DNA from: Candidatus Omnitrophota bacterium
Lineage (GTDB): Bacteria; Omnitrophota; Omnitrophia; Omnitrophales; Aquincolibacteriaceae
Assembly: GCA_023247035.1 (NCBI GenBank)
Contig: JAHFHG010000001.1
Location: 2,021-66,020 of the forward strand
Length of the DNA: 64,000 nt
Reading direction: 5' to 3'
Shown: positions 1 to 8,612 of the stretch, piece after piece
How positions within the stretch are numbered: the first letter of the stretch is position 1
Layout: each line of letters starts with the position of its first letter
Made by a program: the position numbers and the translations under genes
The notes under the pieces: model-generated
What the model was told of the DNA's origin: nothing
Databases searched by the model: none
What the model saw: only the letters and a program-made list of their open reading frames with translations

Positions 1-630
1 GCAAGCCGTCCGATCAAAGAAAAAGAAATCGAAAAGGCCCGGCAGGCCGGCTATTATCCCGAAGAATTCAAGGTGGCGATGGACAGCCTGGCCGTGGTGG
101 TCCACAAAAATAATGCTGTCGAGGTTCTCAGCCTCAAACAAATCATGGGGATCTATACCGGCAAGATCAATAATTGGCAGGAGGTCGGAGGGAAAAACAG
201 CCCGATCCTCCGCTACTGCCGCGAATCCAACAGCGGCACTTATGTCTTCTTTAAGGAACAGGTACTGAAAAATTTTGATTACGCTCCGGACTGCCAGACG
301 ATGCCCGGTACAAGCGCGGTCGCTAACGCGGTTTCGAAAGATCCGGCGGGTATCGGCTACGGAGGAGCCGCTTATTTTTTAACGCAGCCTTCGTTGAGAA
401 TTCTTTCCATTCAGAAGAAGGACGGCGGGGAAGCGGTCAATCCTGCACAAGCCGCCGGGAAATTGGATTATGAAGCGGCCTGGACAGGGCGTTATCCTAT
501 TGCGCGCTATCTGTATATGTATACGGGATTCAAACCGAAAGGGAAAATTAAAAACTACCTGGATTGGATCCGCGGCCCGGAAGGGCAAAAAATTGTGGAA
601 GAAGCGGGCTACGTTCCTTTAAAATCCTAA
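1..630 (+). CDS. pstS: Phosphate ABC transporter substrate-binding protein PstS (PhoT family), 5-prime partial; frame is open from base 1
   Basis: Frame 1 has no stop from position 1. Translation ...DSLAVVVHKNNAVEVLSLKQIMGIYTGKINNWQEVGG... is typical of the PstS/PhoT C-terminal lobe. It is followed directly by pstC, pstA, pstB and phoU. Confidence 0.75.
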   Translation, partial: ASRPIKEKEIEKARQAGYYPEEFKVAMDSLAVVVHKNNAVEVLSLKQIMGIYTGKINNWQEVGGKNSPILRYCRESNSGTYVFFKEQVLKNFDYAPDCQTMPGTSAVANAVSKDPAGIGYGGAAYFLTQPSLRILSIQKKDGGEAVNPAQAAGKLDYEAAWTGRYPIARYLYMYTGFKPKGKIKNYLDWIRGPEGQKIVEEAGYVPLKS

Positions 631-643
631 GCGAGCCGGATCT

Positions 644-1675
644 ATGCCCATTTTCCAAGACGCCGATTCTCCAAAGGAAGATCAGAACGCCCCTAGGGAA
701 GTGTTGCTTCCCCTAGGAGAGTCTTCTTTGGATTTTCAGCGTTTTATCACCTCCAAGAAATTCCACTTCTCGGAATGGCTGATGGAGAAATTGCTTCTGA
801 TCGCCGGCGTCTCCTCGGTTTTGATCATCCTGCTTATTTTTATCTTCCTCTTCAAGGAGGCTGTGTTCTTCTTTCAGACAGGCCGTCTCCTGGATCTGAT
901 TGGAAAATGGGTTTATGATCCCTGGGATGAAAAGACCTCATTTAAAATGATGTGGCAGGCCGTGTCGGAAATTCCAAAATATTCCCTTATCCCTCTTTTG
1001 TGCGGGAGTTTTTTGGTGGCTATCCCGGCGACGATTATTTCCACCATTCTCGGGATCGGCAGCGCGGTTTATCTGTCCGAAATCGCTTCGGCCAAGACGC
1101 GCGAAATATTGAAACCGACGCTGGAGCTTTTGGCCGGGATCCCGACCGTCGTGATCGGATTTTTTATGCTGGCCGTGGCCGCGAGTTTTCTGCAGGAGAT
1201 TTTCCATACCCAATTCCGCCTTAACGCGTTTGCCGGTTCCCTCGGGGTTGCCATCACCACGCTTCCGATTATCGTGACCCTTTCAGAAGACGCCTTGCGG
1301 GCCGTCCCTCAGGAACTCCGGAATGCCTCCCTGGCCTTGGGCGCTTCCAAGTGGCAGACGATCTGGGGAACGGCGCTGCCTGCCGCTGTTTCGGGGATCT
1401 CGGCCTCTGTGATTTTGGGTTTTGGCCGCGCGCTGGGCGAGACAATGATTGTGGTGATGGCTACGGGAAATGCGGCGCTGGTGACGGGCAATATTTTTTC
1501 CAGCGTCCGCACGATGACGGCCAATATTGCGGCGGAACTCGGTTCCGTGGACCGGGGAAGCGAGCACTATTACGCCCTTTTTGTCGTGGGCGCGGTTCTT
1601 TTTACGCTGACATTTTTCCTGAACCTTTCCTCCGAAATTGTTCTTAACAAAATGCGCCGCCGCTTAAGGATGTGA
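644..1675 (+). CDS. pstC: Phosphate ABC transporter permease PstC
   Basis: 343-aa polytopic membrane protein. It carries the ABC permease EAA-like loop (SLALGASKWQTIW). It sits between pstS and pstA, 14 nt after the pstS stop. Confidence 0.85.
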   Translation: MPIFQDADSPKEDQNAPREVLLPLGESSLDFQRFITSKKFHFSEWLMEKLLLIAGVSSVLIILLIFIFLFKEAVFFFQTGRLLDLIGKWVYDPWDEKTSFKMMWQAVSEIPKYSLIPLLCGSFLVAIPATIISTILGIGSAVYLSEIASAKTREILKPTLELLAGIPTVVIGFFMLAVAASFLQEIFHTQFRLNAFAGSLGVAITTLPIIVTLSEDALRAVPQELRNASLALGASKWQTIWGTALPAAVSGISASVILGFGRALGETMIVVMATGNAALVTGNIFSSVRTMTANIAAELGSVDRGSEHYYALFVVGAVLFTLTFFLNLSSEIVLNKMRRRLRM

Positions 1676-1676
1676 T

Positions 1677-2642
1677 ATGCCGGAACTTTTGCTCTCCCTT
1701 CCTAAATTGCGAAGCCGGAAAATAGACTGGGTTGAGATTGCCTCTTCTTTGACGGTCCGGTTTTTTACACTCGTTCCGCTGCTTGTGCTGCTGGCGATCT
1801 TAGGCAAAGTTTTTATCGAGGGTTCGGGGCGTATGAGCTGGTCCTTTTTAACCGAAGCCCCTGCCGAAGGAATGACTCAAGGAGGGATATTCCCCTGTAT
1901 TTTCGGCACGGCTGCGGTGACGGTTCTCATGATTATAATGGCCCTTCCTTTGGGCGTCGGAGCGGCCATTTATCTTGTTGAATACGGCAGCAGCAGCCTG
2001 CTTGTGCGGATGATCCGCGCTGCGGTGAACAATCTGGCCGGCGTGCCTTCTATTGTTTTTGGACTTTTCGGCGTCGGCTTTTTCATTCTCTTCGTCGGCC
2101 GGAATATCGATCGCGCGCTTCAGACAGGCCTTCTCTTCGGCCAGCCTTGTATGCTTTGGGCGGCGGCCACGCTTTCTGTTCTCACGCTTCCGGTGATTAT
2201 CGTGTCTACCGAGGAGGCGTTGAACGCGGTTCCGCAAAGCCACCGCGCCGCGTCTCTTGCGCTGGGAGCCACCAAGTGGCAGACGATCCGGGACGTTGTG
2301 TTGCCGCAGGCCCGCGGCGGGATTCTCACCGGCGCTATTCTGGCCATCAGCCGGGGCGCGGGCGAGACCGCGCCGATCCTTTTTACCGGCTGCGCCTACT
2401 TTCTGCCGCGCCTTCCGGTGGTGGAATTTTTAGGCATTCCGATGATCAATCCTTTGGACCAATTTATGGAACTTTCGTATCATATTTTCATTATGACGAC
2501 CCAGTCGATCAATGCCCAGGCCACGCGCCCCATTCAATATGCGACGACTTTGGTTTTGATTGTTTTGACGTTTTTACTTAATCTTTCAGCGGTCCTTTTG
2601 CGGTTTTATTTTAGAAAAAGGCTGGGACGGATTTCCCTGTAG
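1677..2642 (+). CDS. pstA: Phosphate ABC transporter permease PstA
   Basis: 321-aa membrane protein with a second permease signature (SLALGATKWQTIRDVVLP). Its start lies 2 nt after the pstC stop. Confidence 0.85.
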   Translation: MPELLLSLPKLRSRKIDWVEIASSLTVRFFTLVPLLVLLAILGKVFIEGSGRMSWSFLTEAPAEGMTQGGIFPCIFGTAAVTVLMIIMALPLGVGAAIYLVEYGSSSLLVRMIRAAVNNLAGVPSIVFGLFGVGFFILFVGRNIDRALQTGLLFGQPCMLWAAATLSVLTLPVIIVSTEEALNAVPQSHRAASLALGATKWQTIRDVVLPQARGGILTGAILAISRGAGETAPILFTGCAYFLPRLPVVEFLGIPMINPLDQFMELSYHIFIMTTQSINAQATRPIQYATTLVLIVLTFLLNLSAVLLRFYFRKRLGRISL

Positions 2643-2834
2643 CGAAATGACGTTTGAAATGCCGGGCAGGGAATATCCGAGGCTCCGTCAGAGGGGAAGT
2701 GATCCGCCATTTCTTCAAACTCCGGCGGAGCGCGATTTCTCAAGTGAGCAAGTGAGTTTGAATCCTAAGAAAGTAAGTTGGGTTCTGCGAATTTCCGAAT
2801 TCATGGAACATCACTCTTTGTGAGACAAGCGGTT

Positions 2835-2956
2835 GTCATTCCCGCGGCGGCCCCGAGAAACACCAAGCGTTTCCGGAGCTCAAGTCCTGGGAATCGCTCT
2901 GCGATTTCACGGGGGAATCCAAAATCCGTCATTCCCGATAAAAACATTCATGACGG
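2835..2956. repeat. Cluster of short palindromic repeats (TGTCATTCCCG / CCGTCAT...ATGACGG / GGGAATCC motifs) inside an anomalous pstA-pstB spacer
   Basis: TGTCATTCCCG lies at 2835-2845. CCGTCATTCCCG at 2927-2938 is paired with ATGACGG at 2950-2956. The same core recurs at 4641-4712 and 10359-10406. Confidence 0.4.
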
Positions 2957-3008
2957 AAAGAAAAGCAAAATTTGCGGAACTCAAGAATAAAGTAAGAAAG
3001 GCGGAACC

Positions 3009-3899
3009 ATGCGGAATGAAAAATGCGAGTTCACGGAAGCTGAAGAAGACACCTTCGAGCCTAAGGAGAATCCTATTTTAAGCCACGAGGAATTGAATTC
3101 CGACGAAAACGCTGGGCCGTCCCAGCCGGAATCGCTGGAAAAGGGGCGCATTAAAATCCGTGTGCGGAATTTAAGTTTGTTCTACGGCCCGACCCAGGCT
3201 TTGAAACAGGTCTATATGAAGATTTTGCGCCAGTCCGTGACGGCGCTGATCGGCCCTTCGGGATGCGGGAAGTCCACCTTTTTGCGGACGCTGAACCGGA
3301 TGAACGATACCATTCCCGGAGTGCGGATTGAGGGGCGGGTCCGGATCGATAACATTGATATTTACGGGCCTCAAATCAATGTCGTCGCTTTGCGCCGCGT
3401 GGTCGGGATGGTTTTTCAAAAATCAAACCCCTTTCCGAAAAGTATTTTTGACAACGTCGCTTACGGCCCGCGCCTGCACCGCATTAAAAGCCGGATTACC
3501 TTGAAGGAAATCGTCGAATCAAGTTTAAAAAAGGCGGCGTTGTGGGATGAGGTCAAGGACCGCCTTCATCAGTCCGCAATGGAGCTTTCCGGCGGCCAGC
3601 AGCAGAGGCTTTGCATTGCGAGGGCCTTGGCCGTGAATCCCGAGATTCTTTTAATGGACGAGCCGGCTTCCGCCCTCGACCCCATTTCTACGGGAAAAAT
3701 CGAAGAGCTGATCCATTCCCTGAAAGAAAATTACACGATCATTATCGTGACTCATAATATGCAGCAGGCGGCAAGGATCAGCGACTATACGGCTTATTTT
3801 TACCTTGGCTCCCTGGTGGAATATGGAACCACCAAGAAAATTTTTACCAATCCCGAACGCAAAGAGACCGAAGATTACGTGACCGGCAGGTTCGGGTAA
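3009..3899 (+). CDS. pstB: Phosphate ABC transporter ATP-binding protein PstB. The true start is probably downstream of 3009, for example TTG near 3092
   Basis: Walker [13 protein letters not shown] signature LSGGQQQRL and Walker [13 protein letters not shown] are present. The ORF track gives a roughly 50-aa acidic N-terminal extension running into the repeat-filled spacer, which is atypical for PstB. Confidence 0.85.
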   Translation: MRNEKCEFTEAEEDTFEPKENPILSHEELNSDENAGPSQPESLEKGRIKIRVRNLSLFYGPTQALKQVYMKILRQSVTALIGPSGCGKSTFLRTLNRMNDTIPGVRIEGRVRIDNIDIYGPQINVVALRRVVGMVFQKSNPFPKSIFDNVAYGPRLHRIKSRITLKEIVESSLKKAALWDEVKDRLHQSAMELSGGQQQRLCIARALAVNPEILLMDEPASALDPISTGKIEELIHSLKENYTIIIVTHNMQQAARISDYTAYFYLGSLVEYGTTKKIFTNPERKETEDYVTGRFG

Positions 3900-3926
3900 C
3901 AGCCCAAGGGGGTTAAACGCCTATTT

Positions 3927-4592
3927 ATGTCCAGACATTTTCACGAAGAGCTTGAGGATCTGAAAAAAAGGCTCATCGAAATGAGCCTGCTCGTGGAAGA
4001 GGCAATTCAACGGGCGATTGAAGGGCTCCTTTATCGGAACACCGAGGCCGCTAAAGAAGTTTTCAAAAAGGAAAAGGTGATCAACAAACTTGAAATCGAG
4101 ATTGACGATAAGGGGCACAGTCTGCTGGCCCTTGGCCAGCCTATGGCCGTAGATATGCGGCTTATTACCTCCATTCTCAAAATCAATACGGACCTCGAGC
4201 GGCTGGGAGACCACGCCGTGAATATCGCCGAGCGGGCCCTTCTGCTTGCCGAAGAGCCTCGACTGGAAACCAACCTTTGTCTTCCTCAAATGACACAAGC
4301 TGTTCAGAGAATGCTCAGGATATCCCTGCGTGCTTTTATGACAGGCGATTTGGAGCTCGCGGGAAGAGCGCTTAAAGGCGACGACGAGGTGGACGCTTAC
4401 AATGATTTTCTTTATTCTCGAATGCAAGAGCTGATGGAAAAAGATGAGCTTGTCATCAAAACGGGAATGAAGCTTGTGCGGGTAGGGCACGATTTGGAAA
4501 GAATCGCGGACCTCGCCAACAACATTGCTGAAGACGTGATTTATTTAAAGCAGGGTAAAGAGGTCAGGCATCACCTCCACGATCCTGCCTAG
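3927..4592 (+). CDS. phoU: Phosphate transport system regulator PhoU
   Basis: 221 aa with two PhoU repeats (DxxGDHAVNIAE and ERIADLANNIAEDVIY). It is the last gene of the pst operon. Confidence 0.85.
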   Translation: MSRHFHEELEDLKKRLIEMSLLVEEAIQRAIEGLLYRNTEAAKEVFKKEKVINKLEIEIDDKGHSLLALGQPMAVDMRLITSILKINTDLERLGDHAVNIAERALLLAEEPRLETNLCLPQMTQAVQRMLRISLRAFMTGDLELAGRALKGDDEVDAYNDFLYSRMQELMEKDELVIKTGMKLVRVGHDLERIADLANNIAEDVIYLKQGKEVRHHLHDPA

Positions 4593-4642
4593 AAGCGTTC
4601 TCATAAAGAACCGCTTCTAGTACGGTGTCAATTTTATTTTTG
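4591..4642 (+). terminator. Putative intrinsic terminator of the pst-phoU operon
   Basis: Imperfect hairpin AGAAGCGTTC/GAACCGCTTCT overlaps the phoU stop and is followed by a T-rich run at 4632-4642. Confidence 0.4.
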
Positions 4643-4712
4643 TCATTCCCGCACGATGTTAAGCGGGAATCCACAAGCTTTGGATTCCCGATGAAACCAT
4701 TCGGGAATGACA
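4641..4712. repeat. Nested palindromic element (REP/MITE-like)
   Basis: Outer inverted repeat TGTCATTCCCG (4641-4651) pairs with CGGGAATGACA (4702-4712). Three internal hairpins are enclosed: ATTCCCGC/GCGGGAAT, GGAATCCA/TGGATTCC and CCCGA/TCGGG. Confidence 0.5.
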
Positions 4713-4961
4713 ATTTTAAACTTGACAGGGTACTAGGTTGGTTCAATTTTTCGGGTTTTTATCCTGATATTTCAGCGTCCAGATTTCAGAAACCACGACG
4801 TCTTCTGAAGCTACCCTATATCCCGGGTCGCGGGAAGAATCCATGGAATCGCCCTACTTTTCCAATAGAGTGGGGGCGCCTTGATCACTTGGCTGGCCCC
4901 TATCTGGATTCCCTCCGTTTTTAGAATCATTGAGGCGTTTTTTCTTGAGTCGAAATAAAGA

Positions 4962-4990
4962 TTGACATTCAAAGGCAACAAGTGCATTAT
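4962..4990 (+). promoter_or_regulatory. Sigma70-like promoter (TTGACA, 17-nt spacer, CATTAT) upstream of the csp leader
   Basis: TTGACA at 4962-4967 and CATTAT at 4985-4990. Confidence 0.4.
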
Positions 4991-5013
4991 CACTGCCTAA
5001 TCGAGAGTGAACT

Positions 5014-5055
5014 TATCCGTAAGGCTTAAGACTTTCGCCTTACGGATTTTTTTAT
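5014..5055 (+). terminator. Perfect 11-bp-stem hairpin plus T-run in the csp 5-prime leader. It could be an attenuator/terminator or the 3-prime end of a short sRNA
   Basis: ATCCGTAAGGC (5014-5024) pairs with GCCTTACGGAT (5036-5046), followed by TTTTTTTAT. It lies about 20 nt downstream of the predicted transcription start and about 85 nt upstream of the csp ATG. Confidence 0.5.
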
Positions 5056-5139
5056 TTAGGCCGCTTTTCAAGGATGCCCTTCTAAATAAATAGCCCGCTC
5101 TAAAAGTTTTTTATCTTCAAAAGAAAGGAGGATTTTCCA

Positions 5140-5340
5140 ATGGAAACAGGTATTGTGAAATGGTTTGATAACTCCAAAGGTTATGGATTTATCTCCCGTA
5201 GTACCGGCAAAGATGTGTTTGTTCACCACTCTGCAATTCAGGGTGAGGGTTACAAGTCCCTGTCCGAAGGCCAGCAGGTCGAGTTTGAAGTGACTCGAGG
5301 GCCCAAGGGCGATCAAGCCGTCAATGTTGTTGTGCGGTAG
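5140..5340 (+). CDS. Cold-shock protein (CspA family)
   Basis: 66 aa [18 protein letters not shown]...VFVHHSAIQ with RNP1/RNP2 motifs. Strong RBS AAAGGAGG at about 5123-5130. Confidence 0.9.
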   Translation: METGIVKWFDNSKGYGFISRSTGKDVFVHHSAIQGEGYKSLSEGQQVEFEVTRGPKGDQAVNVVVR

Positions 5341-5345
5341 TCACG

Positions 5346-5385
5346 AGCCCGGCTGTAAAAGGCCGGGCTATTTTTTTTGAGATTG
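5346..5385 (+). terminator. Intrinsic terminator after csp
   Basis: GCCCGGC, loop tgtaaaa, GCCGGGC, then a T8 run. Confidence 0.6.
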
Positions 5386-5774
5386 TGTGAGATTGTGTTA
5401 GACATTCGCTCCAATTTGTAATTTACTACATCAAGGAATAGGGATTTTAGACTTAGGCTGGCGCCTTAAGCTTCCTATTCCTTCTCTACTGGATTTCTCC
5501 TTCGCGGCCGATGCTTTAAAGAATCATGATACCGCAGCGCCAGAGCCGGCCAGCTCATCAAACGCAATAGGCGGATAAAGCCGCCGCGCAAGGGTAGCAT
5601 GTTTCTTAACCTTAGAAGAGGGATCATGCCGATGAGTCCAACGTCGTTCCAAAAAGAAAAACGGTTATTAATATCCTCGAGCGGGGCGTCCATTGCCGAT
5701 TTCAACAACCTCGCGCTTTCAGTCTGGCGGGCTGCAGAGGACTGGAATGCGATGCCGAAATCCTCGAGAGTGAT

Positions 5775-6980
5775 TTGATGCGGAAAATATTGCCCGATCC
5801 GGATTACGCGTTTAAAAAGATCAACTGGGCGAATATCCTATTTTTTACGGTGACCGGCGTCGGCGGGCTTGGGGTCATGCCGTTTTACCTGCACCGGAAC
5901 GGTTTTGTGCTTTCGGACTGGATCCTTTTTGCCGTTTATTTTGTTTGTTCGGGCTTGAGCATTACCGCCGGCTACCACCGGCTTTACGCGCACCGCACTT
6001 ATCAGGCCCGTCCGCTGCTTCAACTTTTCCTTCTTTTTTTCGGCGCCTCGGCTTTCGAACAGTCCGCCCTCAAATGGTCGTCGCAGCACAGGAATCATCA
6101 TCTTTATCTGGACACCGAACGTGATCCCTACTCGATCACGAAAGGATTCTGGCACGCCCACATGGGCTGGCTGGTCGGCTGGGACAGGACAAAGAATTTT
6201 GAGAACGTCGCCGATCTTCGTCAAAACGCACTGATCGTCCACCAGCACGCCCATTTTAAGCTTTGGGCGATTGGTGCGGGGATCGTGACGCCAGTTCTGA
6301 TCGGCGCTCTGGCCGGCCATGCCCTCGGGGCTTTTTTGATCGGGGTCTGTTTTCGAATTGTCTTCGTTCAGCAGATGACTTTTTGCATCAATTCCTTTTG
6401 CCACTTGATCGGGACGGCCAATTACGATCCGAGCACGAGCGCGCGGGACCACTGGTTCATCGCTCTTTTGACCTTCGGAGAGGGCTACCATAATTTTCAC
6501 CACCGGTTTCCGAGCGATTATCGAAACGGCATCCGCTGGTATCACTGGGACCCGAGCAAGTGGGCCATCTCGCTCTTTCGCAGGGCAGGACAGGCCTATA
6601 ATCTTCGCAAAGCGCCTTATTTTCATATTCTGCACGCGCGCCTGGCCAGCCAAAATCGCCAGGTCCGGTTACGGCTTGCCCAAAAACTGTCCCGCCACCC
6701 GGACTTCATCCGGTTCAACCGCGCCTTTGAACGTCATTATCAAAAACTTCAGCGGGCTTTTTCGAGTTTCCAATCCGCGGCGACAGAATACCAGCGGCTT
6801 GTCCGCGCCAAGGTCGCTTCACGGGCATCCGTGGAGGGAATTAAAAAAACAGCTTTAGAAAATCTCCGCGCCCGCAAAGAGGCATTCCGTTCTACGTATC
6901 AGAAATGGGTGAGGTATATTGAAGCCCGGCTGGCCGTTGAAGCGTTGCCGCTGCAAGCAGACAAAAGGGGGATTTCGTGA
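5775..6980 (+). CDS. Acyl-lipid/acyl-CoA delta-9 fatty acid desaturase with a roughly 100-aa charged C-terminal extension
   Basis: Three histidine boxes: HRLYAHRTY, HRNHHLYLDTERDP and GEGYHNFHHRFPSDY. The N-terminal TM helices fit the membrane desaturase fold. Confidence 0.85.
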   Translation: MMRKILPDPDYAFKKINWANILFFTVTGVGGLGVMPFYLHRNGFVLSDWILFAVYFVCSGLSITAGYHRLYAHRTYQARPLLQLFLLFFGASAFEQSALKWSSQHRNHHLYLDTERDPYSITKGFWHAHMGWLVGWDRTKNFENVADLRQNALIVHQHAHFKLWAIGAGIVTPVLIGALAGHALGAFLIGVCFRIVFVQQMTFCINSFCHLIGTANYDPSTSARDHWFIALLTFGEGYHNFHHRFPSDYRNGIRWYHWDPSKWAISLFRRAGQAYNLRKAPYFHILHARLASQNRQVRLRLAQKLSRHPDFIRFNRAFERHYQKLQRAFSSFQSAATEYQRLVRAKVASRASVEGIKKTALENLRARKEAFRSTYQKWVRYIEARLAVEALPLQADKRGIS

Positions 6981-8054
6981 GTCTTGAATGGCAAAGGAAA
7001 ACCGACGGGCTGTGGCCCGAGCTTTCCCAATTCAATCCAAACGGGAGCCTCGAAGGAGTCTGCATTATTTGACGCGGCGTGCCTGATCCCGGAATTGTGG
7101 GTGTCGGGCACGGGAACATCGGAGAGCGTTTAAAATCCGAATTCGAAGATGAGCGCGTCCGCCCTTTTTTGAAATACCGGCTTTATGTCGGCTGGGCGCC
7201 GGCTGCGATGAATGCCAGGCTGGGGATCGTGATTTATCTCATGGATAAATTAAGCCTGAAGGTGGAAGCGAAAGCGATCCCCGTGAATTTGCCTTGGAGG
7301 CTGAAAGAAAATTAGAAGCGGTTTCACAAGTCATTGTAAGTCTAAGGGCAGGCTCCTTGCGGCTTTTGGACGGACCCCTCCCTATCCCGCGCATCATTCC
7401 AAAGAGTTTTATTCGGATAGCCCCCGAAAGATTTTCCTGGGATCCCGAAGCGCAATTTTTTTTCGCCCGGCCTCCGGTTGATTTTCGTTTTTTGTTAGAT
7501 GGCCGCCTCGATAAGCCGCCCAGGATCCTTCCCTCTTTTTAATTTCCGCAGTTTTATTCATTTATCAAATCCCCGACGGCATCGACAGCCGGCAGAGACC
7601 GCTTTTCAGCAGGTTTTAGTTTTGCCTATCACCGTTACCCTTCGATCTCCGCCCGTGACGCCCGCCAGCTTCATCACCGGGGCCGGAATGTGCACGGAAA
7701 AAATCATGAAACGTTTTACAATCTCGACTTCGGCTACGGCCTTCTCGAGGATTTTGATTTTTATCTTTCTGCCCCGGTTGTTTCCAAGAATTCCATTGAA
7801 ATCCACGATCATGAGACCCTGGAATGAAAGAAAGAGCGGCGGGTTTCGGCGATAGGCAGCTCCTCGGCAAGCGCCGGATCAGATTCCGTTGATTTCCCGT
7901 GGCGATAAGGCTGTTTTGCGGTAGAATTGAGACGATTACTTTCAGCGGTTCCCGAAATTTATGAGTTATAAATTTATCATTGATACAAACATACTCGATG
8001 AAGAGTCTGTCGATCAATGGGTGAGCGGCGGAATCATATCAGCTAAAGCAGAAA

Positions 8055-8486
8055 TTGACACTTCTATCGAATGGAGGTGAGTTCACAGATGAAGAGAAAC
8101 GAGAAATCAGCGCTTATTTAGAATCATGGAAAGTCAAAAAGGAAAACAATCGGGAAGCGTACAAATCGATGCGAGTGGAGATCATTAAGAAATTACAAGA
8201 GGACAAATCACTTTCTCGGAAAGGGTCAAGTTTTAATTCATTTCTAAAATTAACATTTGAGCCGACAGCAATTGAGAAAATCAAAAATAGTATTACTGAG
8301 GTTTCAAAATCCAAAGGATACGATCCCCCCTCGGATTCCCTTGATTTTCCAAGGGAGAGGGGAGGAGGGGCGATATCCATTGAGTCCCGAAACCTCAGTA
8401 ACTCGAAAATTCCAAAAGATCGATTGGTTGAATATTGGACGCAACACAAGGAAAGATGCCCCTATTTTAATAAGGCCGTAGAATGA
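8055..8486 (+). CDS. Hypothetical protein in an AT-rich segment (start codon TTG; doubtful)
   Basis: 143-aa ORF with no motif I recognise. Local GC is clearly lower than the neighbours. It is preceded by a 39-aa ORF (7961-8080) that begins MSYKFIIDTNIL, a PIN-domain-like start. Confidence 0.25.
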   Translation: MTLLSNGGEFTDEEKREISAYLESWKVKKENNREAYKSMRVEIIKKLQEDKSLSRKGSSFNSFLKLTFEPTAIEKIKNSITEVSKSKGYDPPSDSLDFPRERGGGAISIESRNLSNSKIPKDRLVEYWTQHKERCPYFNKAVE

Positions 8487-8612
8487 AAATGGATTTATTA
8501 AAGCAGCGTGTGAGACTTTATTCCCGAATAAGGATTTTTTTACAGTTGAACAATTTGTGACATTTTTACAGAGCACAGTTCCGGCCTTCAAGCGATCACA
8601 AGATAACCTTCA

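Noticed and set aside
938-1647. Several 60-98-aa ORFs on both strands inside pstC (for example 938-1213 minus and 1351-1647 plus), rich in Arg/Gly/Pro
   Set aside because: These are alternative-frame or antisense shadows of a GC-rich membrane-protein gene. They have no start context, no motifs and low-complexity composition. The in-frame PstC permease explains the region.
5838-6653. 271-aa antisense ORF inside the desaturase gene
   Set aside because: The plus-strand frame carries all three histidine boxes of membrane desaturases. The antisense ORF is Arg/Pro/Gly-rich with no features.
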